This document shows positions 50,306 to 62,746 of a stretch of 64,000 nt of DNA, piece by piece. The DNA is from Neoconidiobolus thromboides FSU 785 (taxonomy: Eukaryota; Fungi; Entomophthoromycota). The translations under genes and the position numbers were made by a program. Where the stretch lies: assembly GCA_025603075.1 (NCBI GenBank), contig MU626310.1, forward strand, positions 1 to 64,000, read 5' to 3'. How positions within the stretch are numbered: position 1 is the first letter of the stretch; every line of letters begins with the position of its first letter. The notes below the pieces were generated by a model. That model was not told where the DNA came from, made no database searches, and was given only the letters and a program-made list of their open reading frames with translations.

Positions 50306-51958
50306 TATAAGATAATAAAAGAGATAAAAGTAGTGTAATTCTTTTTTTATAGCTTTTTACAAATACCAAAAATGGAAGTGTTAATTTTTTTATAAATCAA
50401 ACCGGTTTATGAAGAATGTGATGCATATTGGTTCCTAAAGCGAAATTGCTATTTTTTTATTCTCGGGGAATTGTAACATATAAAATAACTACTTTTTGAC
50501 TTTAATTCATAATCAAGGATTAAAGTGAGCAAAAACGAGTATTGACTACACCAAGCTTGAGTTTAGTAAACATCAATATCATTTGATTCTTTTTTCTATA
50601 AAGACATTGAGTCAATAATGTTTGGATCCTACAATCATCCTCAAAAACTTATCTCAGTTCTAATAGTTGATATCATTTTAAAGTATGATCTTTTGATAAA
50701 AGCTAAAAGCCACCAAGTGTTAAAAGTTTAGCTGGTTGTTTATTAGTAAAGATTATTTTAATCTTTATCACTAAGCTTATTATTAGAATTTTACTTGACT
50801 ATATTTGATAAAAAATACGTAGTAAATATTTTATTTTACTATATTTGATTACTCCTGGTTTATTATCCACAAAAGTATGTATCATTATAATTACGCCCTG
50901 TACTTATGCTTCTATTATTATGGGCCCACAGTTATATTACATACGCTTCCATTCTATTTTTAATTATATTGAGATTTTTCAGAATCAATTCAACTCTATA
51001 TAGGACTAAAAGAATCTAAAATGTTTATAAAAACATTAGTTAGAATTTAAAAAATTAAAAAGCCGTATGCACTAAACCCTATTAAACATATTTATTATAG
51101 CTATAATTTCTCTACAAAACCTTTGATTGAAACAGCAATTTAAGTTACAATCGAATAGTTAATTACTATTTATACTTAGAGCGGACTTTCTATTAATTCA
51201 TTGATTTAAATTATTAGATTCTAAGTTCAATTTACTTTATAAATAAAAATAAAGCGTCACTTATATTCACTTTAACAAATTAAATTTTGATATCTATTAC
51301 ACTACCAAGATGTTACTGACGCTTTAATTCAAATAGGCAATTTGATGACTATAAACTTCATTGGATTAGTTTAATTATATTAGTATAAACTATATAACAT
51401 AAAAATAAAAAATAAAAAAATTAGTTCGATTAATAACTGATTATAATTTCTTAACTTTTGGACATTTTAATGAAATATGAAATAATTTGAACATTGTTAA
51501 ACTGCGCTATGATGACTTGGATTCTAAATTTGAGAAATATGGCGCAACTTATTTTAAGAATGGAACATAATTAAACTATATACATAAAAATAAACTCTCA
51601 TCTTCACTGAATTTTCCTTTTGTTTATCATACATATCATTTATAAGAGACTATTTCCCCCACCCATTAATTAATGCCTTCCTTGGTAATTTCAATCAGTA
51701 AAGTGTGAATGAATTCAGGAAATTTTGTAAAAAACTATCATTTTTTACTTCTTTACTTTCTTACTCCTTGGAACACCCAAATTTCCAACTAAGTCCTCTT
51801 TTTTATTCCCTTAGCAAGCATGTGCTTTAAACTTCTGCTCATTGATACTAAATTTATTTCTTTATAATTTTTATAGTAATATACCTAAATTAAACGAATT
51901 AAATTGTTGTTTAACGTTAACAATAGTTCAGTTATAAATAGTAAAGACTCTCTAAAAT

Positions 51959-52007
51959 CCACGTCACAATGAACTCCTTTTTAAAAAGAACAAGCAACTA
52001 AGCCAAT
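51959..52007. promoter_or_regulatory. CRE/UPRE-like TGACGTGG (reverse) and CCAAT upstream of Hsp20
   Basis: CCACGTCA at 51959-51966 and CCAAT at 52003-52007, ~300-350 bp before the ATG. Confidence 0.35.
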
Positions 52008-52307
52008 TGTTTTATTTATTTTCTTTAAATCAATTGATTAGTTGTAAGTATGACAATTTTTGTTGTTTAATGTTAATAAACTTCTAAAACAAGTAAAAGC
52101 GCTGTAAGCATTAGAGAATAATGTAAGTATTGTTTTAAACTTAGTTTAATGCATTAGCTACTATCATAGAGTAAAAGAGACGACTTGAGCTTTATCTAGA
52201 AAACAGACTGAGGCACTTAGCATTGGACTAAGTATCGAAAAAAAAAGTATATGAACCTTGGATTTATCTAAACTTCATTCATTAAGAATTGATTAAAAAA
52301 ACACAAA

Positions 52308-52754
52308 ATGTCCTTAAGTCGCTATCTTGGAGGTTCCTTACCTTTTGATTCAAGAATTGGCTATCCACATCACCACTTACTTAACTATGATCCCTTCTTT
52401 AGTGATACTTCAGATTATTCTTTTAGCCCTAAAGTAGAAGTGATCCGCAAAGAGGATGAAACGGTGGTTCAAGCAGAACTTGCGGGGTTTAATAAGAACG
52501 ATATCCATGTTAATGTTTCAGACGATTGCCGTCGTTTAGTAATTTCTGGAGAGAGTAAACGAGATAAGAGCTATCAAGAAGGGACTGTAAGTTATAGTGA
52601 ACGTAGTTATGGAAGCTTTACTCGTAGCTTTAATATTCCAATAGATTCTAAAACTGATGATATCAAGGCTAGTTTCAACAATGGCTTGTTATATGTTAAG
52701 GTACCAAGAGATGTAAACAAGGAGCATCAGCAACACACAATCGCAATTGAATAA
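52308..52754 (+). CDS. Small heat shock protein (Hsp20/alpha-crystallin domain), 148 aa
   Basis: PKVEV...AELAGFNKNDIHV...LVISGE...SERSYGSFTRSF.IP...IKASFNNGLLYVKVP. Confidence 0.93.
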   Translation: MSLSRYLGGSLPFDSRIGYPHHHLLNYDPFFSDTSDYSFSPKVEVIRKEDETVVQAELAGFNKNDIHVNVSDDCRRLVISGESKRDKSYQEGTVSYSERSYGSFTRSFNIPIDSKTDDIKASFNNGLLYVKVPRDVNKEHQQHTIAIE

Positions 52755-53968
52755 AGAGCTACATCACCTTACTGCTAAATATCCTGCCACTTAATTTTTC
52801 AAATAAAGCCATTTAAATTTTAAGTTTTTAAAATTTGATAAATTATAAAATTTTGTTTAAAATACCATTATTAAGTAATAGGTATAATATTGTTATGTTT
52901 GGAGTTTTAAATAAATGATACTAAAGTCATAATCTATTATTTTAAGTACAGAGCGGCTTTAATTTAAAGTAAAGTAGTAGTGACCTTAAAGATCTTATAA
53001 AAAAGTAATGAAAGTGAAAAAAAATAGCTGCTAAAGATTATAAAAAGGGACATAAAAATCAAAAATCATTTTATAAATAACTAAAGTTTAAAGAGTAATT
53101 TCTATCTAATATATATATATTACATACTAAGCTATTATATCGTGCCTTTTATTTTAAATTTTTGGAAAGTATTTAAATATAGGATCTATAAACTGCTGTA
53201 TAATTTTAATTTTTGGTTAAAAAGCTTGGCAAGATTTTTTATAATCCCTGTTGTTTCAATATTAATAACATAGCCAGTATATAATATATTAATTTAGAAT
53301 AAATAATATTTTTACATTTATGTTGATTTTTTTAGTTTTTATTTCTTAATAATTTTTTTAATCAAGTTTTAAAGATGTTGCTTTGAGCTATAGCCACTCT
53401 GTAAGTCGATTGTGTAATAAATCTAAGCATTTTTTTTGGAATAAAACTTTTTTGGCCTACTAATTTACTTATTTACTTATTTATACGCTTTAGTAGTAAA
53501 GTGCCATATAAGTTGCACTAATCTGTAATTGAAATGTTCCCCATAGTGCTATTTTATTAGTATAATAAATCAGAAAAGGCTTTTTGCTTTCGAATTAAAA
53601 TCAACACAAACAAGACGAATATGAAAGTTAGTGAAAATCAATTAAAAGTAATGTGTATTTTATGTAATAGAAGATCTAAAACGCTTTATATTAATGTTTA
53701 AATAAATACTATATTTCTATTCAAAGTATACCGTTCTATCAAAAGTATATACATTAATTGTAAATAGTTAAATAATTCTTGAAATCTATCTTTAACAATT
53801 CAATTGAAACTAAAAATTTTAATGTTTAAAATGGTAGTTGCATGTCAAAATAAATCAAAATTAAAAAAATTATGCATATTAATCCTATAAACGTTAACAA
53901 TTTCCAATAGCTAAACTTATCTCAGTACATTCAATACAATCATAAATCAAAAATAATTCTTCTAATCT

Positions 53969-55241
53969 TTACAAGAAATAATTATTAGAAGCAGAGCGAT
54001 TAGGCACCGTACGTTCATTATCGGGCACAGCTTGGAAAATCATAAAAGAAGAATCATCCACTTTTTCGTTTTCACTTATTTTCATAATAGATGCTACATT
54101 CCCACATCGATAACAGTAGTTTGGTGCTGACCATACAGTGACTAAATTTTTATCATCAAACATAAATTTATATCCTTCTTGAACAAGTTGATGGGCTCGT
54201 GCTATAAGTTCAAGTCCATTAACATGATTGAACTTTTAAATCGTAAGTATTTTATTTTTTAAATTTTACTATTCATTTACTTCATTCGTAACTTGACCTC
54301 CAAATAGCCATCCCGCACCTCTTGGTGATACTGCCCAACTAGAAACATGGTCTGGATCTGACCACATTAAGTCTTTTAAAATATTAATATAGTTCGTTAT
54401 TCTTTAATAATTATTATTACCACAAAAAGCGCCATCATGAGGAATTTCTTGGCAACGTTGAATAGTTCGAATTTGATCTAAAGTTCGAATATGTGGTGAT
54501 AACCCGCCATGGACGCATAAAATTCTTCCATCAACAATCTATTATTTTATTTAGTTTACTCATTTTTGTTTAAAATAGTAATATACCGCTGCTAAACCCA
54601 AATAATCAAAAACTTGACAACAAGCTTTCCATACATTTGCATTTCCATACTTATTATGACATTCCTCTAAGAACAATTAGGTATTTATTCTTCTTCTTAA
54701 AAATTTATTTACCATAGAATCCATAAACCTGAGTTATTTGTCTACTTTCATGATTTCCTCTCAAAAGTGTAATTTTTGAAGGATAGCTATACAAAGTATG
54801 AATATCAAAAAACCAACAAAAAATAGTAAGCTTACCGTGCTTTTAAAGCCATCAATAAACTAAAAGTCTCTAAACTGTAGTACCCTCTATCAACAAAATC
54901 TCCCTATTTTAAAAATTCAATTAAATTCCAAATTAAATCAAAAAGTTTACCATAAAGATATAATTAGTATCTGGGACTTCACCACCAACTTTAAAAAGCT
55001 TCAAAAGGTCATAAAACTGACCATGAATATCACCACAAACAGTCACAGGTGAGGATACAGGCTGAACATTACTTTCTTCCATTAACAGTTCTTTTACCTA
55101 TAAATTACTCCTAGCTTAGCGCCTATTCTTAAAAAGTTTCTTGTTTTTATAATTTACCATCTCACATAGTTTTTTCATCTCGTTTTCTGACAAATATTGA
55201 CATTTTCTTAAAGTTTCAATCCATTGATCGGGCCCAGCCAT
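53969..55241 (-). CDS. SIT4: PP6/Sit4-type Ser/Thr phosphatase catalytic subunit (7 introns)
   Basis: Spliced: [56 protein letters not shown]-terminal YFL. Confidence 0.92.
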
Positions 55242-55577
55242 AGTTATTCTATTATATATTTGTTTTTTAAATTAACTAGGGTTGATTATTATATGCAGTC
55301 TAACTAAAATGCTCTTTATTTTTTTAAATTTCAACTGTAACTTCATAAAAAAATCTAAGCCAATCATCACCTCAATTTCTTGGTCCAATTAAGCTTATAC
55401 TTTAAGATCAAAAGCTTAATCATTGTGGCTAAAAACAGAAAATAAACCGCCAATCAAAATAAAGCTAGTGGTGAATAATTAAGTCGATTAATTGGCAGTA
55501 GAAGCACTAATATTTTCCCTAGTATTCCAAATTTGGTCAATTCAACTTTTTATTTCGAAGTGAGAAGCTATAATACT
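55242..55577. promoter_or_regulatory. Compact divergent (bidirectional) promoter between PP6 and the CDF gene
   Basis: 336 bp between opposed ATGs; contains several CCAAT/ATTGG boxes. Confidence 0.5.
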
Positions 55578-57423
55578 ATGACTCAAGAAAGTTTCAACAG
55601 TTCAACAAAGACAAAAAATAAATCGAATTATGACGATGATTCAATGATGTATTATCCAAAGAATACAAAGAGTTTATCTAATGCCTCATCTCGTTCAAAC
55701 TCTTCATTTAGAAATAAGTAACTTAATATAAACGAATACTTTAATTCCTATTAATTAGAATCAAATAGTAAAAATGGGCTGGAAACAAAAAATCATGAAA
55801 ATATGGCAAAATTAAATAGCGAAGGCCATTTAAATAATCATAAACATAATGGTATTTCACATAATCACTCCCTTGGAGCTTCATTAAACACTCATAATGA
55901 GCACAATGGTGACAACGATCATAGTCACAACCACAGCCATAGCCATAATGTTCATAACCATACCCATGATCATAGTCACGACCATAGTCATGATCACGAT
56001 CACAATCATAATCATGACCATAGTCACGAACATAATCACAATCATGACCATAGTCACGGACATGGTCATAAACATGACCACAGTCACGATCATGGCCATG
56101 ATCATTCAGAGAATGGGCATATTTTAGATTCCTTTGATGGACAGATATTAAATTTACCAAGTTTTAATGAAGCGTTTCGAGATAAATTAAGTTTTTACCA
56201 ACTTATAATGCGAATTGGCTCCCACCAATCTAACCACTGCAAAAGATTACTTCAGTTTACTATACTCCAAACATTATTGGGTTTCTTTATTCTTACTTCG
56301 TCAATTTTTGTGGAAAGTTTAGGTAAATTGTTTTTTATTTAAAGTTACAACAGCTATATTTTTCAAAGCTCTTGCTGGTATTGGCTATGTGACTATCTTT
56401 GATAGCTTAGGACTTGCAAACTCACTTTTAGCAAAGCTAACGGTCGAGCCTAGTATTAGTGATAGCTCGAACGTATATCCTTATGGGTAAGTCATTATTT
56501 TTTCTATTTTCGCTTTCTCTTATATATGACTAGTTTAAAGCGATTTGAAATTGTGGTTAATTTTGTTACTGTAATTTACGGACTATTTGCATCCATAAAT
56601 ATGATCAAGGAAGGACTTGAGACCTTACTTTTGGGAGAGTTTGACCATTCTATTAACCCAAGCACTTTGTTCCTGGGTTATGGGTAATTTTCTTGTTTAT
56701 TCATAAGTTTATTTTTTTTATTTACTTCATAGCTATTACCTTTGTATCCCTATTATTATTAATATTTTCGTATATCTTGCTACAATGTTTCCTTATAGAA
56801 CACATGGTTTTTTTGCTCAACGTAAATTTAATACACTTATAAACCAATATTTTATCAATATTTATAGTTCGATTCCAAAAAAACAAATCAACCTCGATTA
56901 AGCATTTGAAGTCCATCAACTCCTTTATAGTTTCGTCGTTATTTTTTTCAATGTGTAGTCTTTGTCTTTTAACCAATAACACTTTTGGGTAAAGCAATTT
57001 CTTTATTGTATAGCACTCATTAATTCAATTCATAGATTTCATCCAGAATTTTTTGATTCAATGATCTCACTTATGCAGGCCATAGTGCTTTTATATCTTA
57101 CCACTCCCCTTTCAATAAGAATCTCAATGATTCTGATGCATACCTTACCTTCCTTTTTACAGTCGCCAGTAAAAAAGGCTTTGAATGATGTAATTTAGTA
57201 ATGTTCTTTATTAGTTCCTTATTAAATTTTTTAGGTTACTTCATTACCCTTTATTGACCGTTATGACAACTTACACATATGGCAAAATGGGTATGGGGAG
57301 TTTATGGGTACCGTTCAAATCTTTGCACATGCTAATGTTAATTTGAATGAAATTGATCCACTGCTATTGAGTTCCCCATTTAAAGGAGTTATTGACCAGT
57401 TTAGCATTGAGCTCACGCAGTAA
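55578..57423 (+). CDS. ZRG17: CDF zinc-transporter subunit, ZnT6/Zrg17-like, with N-terminal His-rich tract (7 introns)
   Basis: Spliced: GYVTIFDSLG (TM2), YPYGLKRFEIV, multiple TMs, and C-terminal LHIWQ domain; stop at 57421-57423. Confidence 0.8.
55827..56120 (+). repeat. His-Xaa dipeptide coding repeat (CAT/CAC-rich)
   Basis: About 39 His in ~98 codons, e.g. HDHSHDHSHDHDHNHNHDHSHEH. Confidence 0.95.
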
Positions 57424-58799
57424 GCTTTTGGTCTTTATACTAATATAAGTATGTTACATTTGGTTTTATTCTGAGAATTAAAATATGAGATGATAAATGC
57501 ATTAAATATTTCATAATAGGATTAATTTTTTAGTTGATGTTTTTGATATAAATTTAATGTAATGTCATTATCAGATTAAATGATATGAAATAACCTATAA
57601 TAAAATATAAAAGTATGTTTCGTAGCTTCAAAATTATCATTTTTTTTGTGATAACTTATCTTTACATTTTAAGCTTTTTATTCAAGTTTTAAAAATCAAA
57701 TTATTTTTATGAATTTAAAATGTCACTATTAGTTATACTGTATTATTTTCTTTATTTGAAATAAAAGTAGTATTATATATATATTCGTAAAACCATCAAT
57801 AATAATATAAACACTTCATACATGTATTCTTTGTAGATATAATAATGCAATTTATAAAATAGTAATGATTTATATATTTGGTATTGATTTAATTAAAAAG
57901 ATCTTGATCAAATTAAATAAAGTAGCTATTTATAGGTATCGTAAAGGATTATATTTATCTTTGAAAGAAAGCCACACTTTTAAACCTTATTAAAAATTAG
58001 TTTATAATTGTAGAATAATTGTTTTTCCAAAATATTACAAGAGATTTAAAGAAATCTTGTAAAGTTCCTTTTAAAGCTTGTTCTTAATATACCTTAAGCA
58101 ACCTCAACTCTGCTTTAAAAAAAATAGTCATTTTCTAATTTAACATTTTAGCCTAAAGGATACATTAAATAATGAATATAATTAGCTAATAAGCGCAATA
58201 TTGTTTTTATTGTTAAATAGTAAAATATTGAGTGTATAAACTGTACTGAAATCTCCTTCATTAAAACAAATATAGGACATAAGTGAAATAGACTAAGAGT
58301 TCTATTTTATTTAAGATTTATAATTCGACTTGATAATTTAAATATAATGAAATATATTTTATTATACTAAATCGGAGCAATTAAAAAATTCGTTGTTGTG
58401 TAACAAGGGTCAGGAACGGATGTTTGATTTGATGAATCAAAACTATTATCAAATAATTTATACCTGACTTCCATATCTTTGGGATCTTTTAAATTAAATT
58501 TTATCTGATAACTTTAAATTTATTATAATTAAATTAGTGAATGGTTAAATTAGCCAAACAATCACTAATTGGGGTAATGGGATGGATTAACTATGATCTC
58601 ATTTTACTAAATAAAGACAAAGTCTATCTAAATTAAAACTTCTAGATTCAAGCACAATTTTTACGACTATGCTTATAAAAAGATCAAATTGAAATCATTC
58701 TCTCTTACTCCTATTTACCCCACTTAGACTCTATTATTGGCTATCAACTTTAACTCAAGATAGTCATAAAACCCAATGCCCTATTAGTCAATTTAAACT

Positions 58800-60329
58800 A
58801 TGCCAAAAGAAACTTTCAGCAATTATTATAAAATTGACTCCCCTATTGAACAAGACAGCAGCTCAATGAGTGATAACAATAACGAACACGAACACGAACC
58901 AAAGCCTTCCAGATTTCAATTTATGAAACGTAAAGGCTCTACGGATTCTGGTAACAGTAAGAACGAAAAAGGAAACGAAGTTAAAGAAGAAGGGAGAGGG
59001 AGAAAGAATTCAATCTACAACATGATAAGACGCAAAAGTTCAGTGGATAGAGAAGCTGCATCTCAGGCTGTAGATAGGTTAACGGTACCAGAAGTAATCA
59101 TTTCAGAATCAGTAGAATTTGATGAGGACCCAGAAGCAGATGTTTGTTTCCCATTGGATCAAGATGAGAGGGGAATCGATTTAACCAGTCTAGAGAAAAT
59201 ATTATCCGGTGATACTTCTTACTCCCCTTTTTTATTTGATACTTTTGAGTCAGGAGCAAAAAATTATGATCCTTCAATTAAGCAGGAAGTAGATGATGAA
59301 AAGAGGTTTATTTTTTATTCTAAAATGACTGGCATTATTTCAGTAGCTAATTTTTGGGAATTTGGAGGTTTAGGCGTCTCGATGGTTGATGCTATTAAAC
59401 AAGGCGATTTTTGGTTGGATGTTACCTCACCCACTGAAGCAGAAATGAAGGTTATCTCACGTATCTTTCGTATCCATCCATTGACAGTAGAAGATATTTT
59501 AACTGAAGAAATTCGTGAAAAGTGCGAATTATTTAAGCAGTATTATTTTGTTTGTTTTAGAGCTTATGAGCAAAACTCAGATTCCCCTAACTACCTTGAT
59601 CCGTTAAATGTTTATAATGTAGTTTTCAAAGAAGGGATTATTACTTTCCATTCAAAACCGATGTATCATGTCAACTCTGTTTTAAAACGTATTTCTCAAC
59701 TTAAAGATTTTATTAATGTTACTTCCGATTGGATCAACTATGCAATTATCGATGATATTACCGATTCTTTCGCTCCCATGATGAGACATATTGAGTTAGA
59801 AGTAGATACGATTGACGAATTAGTTTTGATTTTACAAGAGAATGAACAATCAGATATGTTAAGGCGAATTGGGCATGCGCGTAAACGAGTGACTATGCTA
59901 TTAAGGTTATTAACAACCAAACCTGATGTCATTAAAGCCTTAATTATGCGATGTGATGAGCGTATCCGACACACTAATGGTTCAGATATTAAATTATACT
60001 TGGGGGATATTCAAGATCATTTAGTCACTATGGTTCAAAATTCATTACATTATGAAAAAGTATTGGCTAGAGCGCATTCCAATTATTTGGCACAGATTTC
60101 AATTGAACTTACTCAAGTGTCCAATCGTACCAATGATGTCGTGGCTAAACTTACAGCTATTGCATCTATTCTTTTGCCTATGAATGTAGTCACTGGTTTG
60201 TGGGGTATGAATGTACATGTGCCTGGTCAGGATGACGAATCATACTATTGGTTCTTTGGGATATTGGTTTTCATGTTCGCCCTTGCTTTCGGGTTTTATC
60301 TATTAGTTAAACGTTCTGGTCTCCTTTAA
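58800..60329 (+). CDS. CorA-family Mg2+ transporter (Alr1/Mnr2-like), 509 aa
   Basis: FWLDVTSPT, IHPLTVEDI, DWINYAIIDDITD, and GLWGMNV (GMN signature) followed by TM2. Confidence 0.93.
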   Translation: MPKETFSNYYKIDSPIEQDSSSMSDNNNEHEHEPKPSRFQFMKRKGSTDSGNSKNEKGNEVKEEGRGRKNSIYNMIRRKSSVDREAASQAVDRLTVPEVIISESVEFDEDPEADVCFPLDQDERGIDLTSLEKILSGDTSYSPFLFDTFESGAKNYDPSIKQEVDDEKRFIFYSKMTGIISVANFWEFGGLGVSMVDAIKQGDFWLDVTSPTEAEMKVISRIFRIHPLTVEDILTEEIREKCELFKQYYFVCFRAYEQNSDSPNYLDPLNVYNVVFKEGIITFHSKPMYHVNSVLKRISQLKDFINVTSDWINYAIIDDITDSFAPMMRHIELEVDTIDELVLILQENEQSDMLRRIGHARKRVTMLLRLLTTKPDVIKALIMRCDERIRHTNGSDIKLYLGDIQDHLVTMVQNSLHYEKVLARAHSNYLAQISIELTQVSNRTNDVVAKLTAIASILLPMNVVTGLWGMNVHVPGQDDESYYWFFGILVFMFALAFGFYLLVKRSGLL

Positions 60330-60578
60330 AATATTCGATTTGAAGTTCATAATAAAAATAGCTCTAATATATTTAATTTTAAATGTGGATTATTTTAGTT
60401 TTGAACTAATTTTATTGTTCTTAGTTTTTAAATAAATTAGCAAAAAAGAAATAAACTTTCAAAATAATACCCAATTAAACTTAAATAAACGTTTATAATA
60501 ATATAAAATGAAACATTGATACAGCCCCTAATAAGTCATAATACAAGCTTAATGGCTTTCATACTTATTTAAATTACC

Positions 60579-62080
60579 TTAAAAGTATATTCTTTTAACC
60601 TCTGTAATAGAAGAATCATTAGGACAATAAGGGCATTTAAAGGTAGTTTTTAACTTTGCGATTTTATGCAATGCTCCTTGAGAGATGACATGACCACATG
60701 TCATCATCATTGGTGGATTATCGTCTGAGGCTTGTACTTTATCAACTGGACATATAAAAATGGAATGAAATCTCCAGCTTTCTAATAGTTCAGCAACTGC
60801 CTTATAAAATTTAAGCTTTTAGACTTTTAAACTTACAAATCAAAAAGTCAGGTTACCTGTAGCTCATCGATCTCGGACCAACCCGTTGTTTTCTTTGTAT
60901 ATTTCAACATTTTAATCATTTTTGGGTAAGCAATTGTTCCAACCGTAATACTACAAATGTTAGACTACTATTTTATAAATAAATTAACTTACGTTATGTA
61001 CAACGGAGACTCATGAGAAATCCCTAACACTGAACAAAAATCTCTAGTGAACATATACTCAATATCTGGCCATTGGTTGGTATTAGCAAACTCATAATAG
61101 GGAGACTCTTTAAGCTGTGGGGAAAAAGATAACATACCCATAAGTTTTTGTATCTCTATAAAAAATAATTAAATAAAATTCTCGTTTTTAAACATTCTAA
61201 ATTTGTACCATTAAAATGGGTGTTGGTGAATGTAGCAAAGTTTTCTTGTCCATACATCATAGCTTCCATAAAGTTACCCGCTTGATATAACATGGTAAAA
61301 TTTACTCGATGTAAGCAAAATTCTAAATTGCTGCCTTTTCGATCCAAAAACTCCCTATTATTTTTAGCCCATCTATGTATAACGTCATTAATTCTTAAAC
61401 TAAAAGCAGGGCAAAAATATATACTCTATTGCTGGATTCAAATTCCTCTGACGTATCTGATCAAGCACGGTATGTAACCCATTGAACTTACTCTTTAAAG
61501 CAGAGGGATACATAATTTTAGCTTCCTAAAAAACATTATATCTAAATATAAAATAACATCATTTTGATAAAAAAGTACGTGAGAAAATATTCTAGCAGCT
61601 TCAAAATACCCTTGACGTATAAAATATTCTGATATCAGTTCCAGTACTAGGTTCTCCTTTCCTTCATATCCTTCCTCCGTAATAATTTGGTTAAAATCTA
61701 ACATGAATTTCTATTTGAATGGTTAATCCCTTTTACCATAAATATATTAAACTAATTACACTATTATATTCTTTATACAGCTTATTCACATTCGTATTTG
61801 CATCTTTACCACTATGCATCACGGCATCAGCAGCACTAGAAAGAATCTTAATATCACTTTCATTGAAATTGACTACTTCTATATAATTTTTTAGCTTTGG
61901 ATTTTATATTTTATTTTCTCTCCTACCTCCTTGGCTGATGGCATTTCTATCACGAGTCAACTTTTCTAAGATCAGGTCAAGGCTTTCAATAGAGTTTTGA
62001 AATAGTTTATCATTTTTGTTGCTCGTTTCTTCAATACTTGTTGTATCTAGTAATATCTTAGATTGACTTTTGGAATTCAT
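60579..62080 (-). CDS. RMD5: RMND5/Gid2 RING subunit of the CTLH complex (7 introns)
   Basis: LisH (LISEYFIRQGYFEAA), CTLH/CRA, and degenerate RING FHSIFICPV...PPMMMTCGHVIS...FKCPYCP. Confidence 0.9.
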
Positions 62081-62746
62081 CTCTTAGCTGAGGATGAGAT
62101 AATAATATTTGAAATTGCTTGAACTTTGTTGAAAAGTTAAAATTTTATAATGAGGTGAGATTTAACCTCATTGGTTAAAATTTGGATTAGGAATACATGA
62201 CTATAAAATAAAAGGCATTATTTAATCTAAAATAGAAATTGGTTTTTAAATAGTTTTATACACTTTTAATACAATTATCTACATACAATAGTGCCGCTTT
62301 TTATTTGATAAATAGTGGAAGTTTATTTAAATAATAATAAAGTAAAGTCTAGTTACGATGTTATTTTTAAGGTTCACTGTTGTTTAGAATAAAACTACTT
62401 TCATATTAACTAGAATAAATTTTATTTACTCAATGTCCTAATATTAGATATACGATTATATGGCATTTTCATTATACAAAATAAATTTTTGACTACAACG
62501 TAATAAAAAACCACAAAAGCAAACAAAATTCAAAACAAAAAAGCGAAAATTGTATTAAGACCGTAAAGACATAGAAAAAAGCTAAATATATATTTATAAA
62601 AATTAGGCTTTAAGGTTGAAATAGGTCTTGGGAGGCGAGAAAGAATAGAAAATGAAGAAACTTGACTTATTAAATATTTCAAATCAAATTTCAAATAATC
62701 ATTATAATAAAAATGGTTATATTTTAAAATGTTAGCATGGCACAAC

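Noticed and set aside
51714-51726. Heat-shock-element-like TTCagGAAatTTT upstream of Hsp20
   Set aside because: Only two perfect nGAAn units, ~580 bp upstream; too weak to call.
55741-56160. Antisense ORFs rich in D/H/Y, M/V/I or T/I repeats
   Set aside because: Alternative readings of the His-codon repeat in the CDF gene.
56722-56997. 91-aa minus-strand ORF
   Set aside because: Lies antisense to exons and introns of the CDF gene, which splice into a continuous plus-strand frame.
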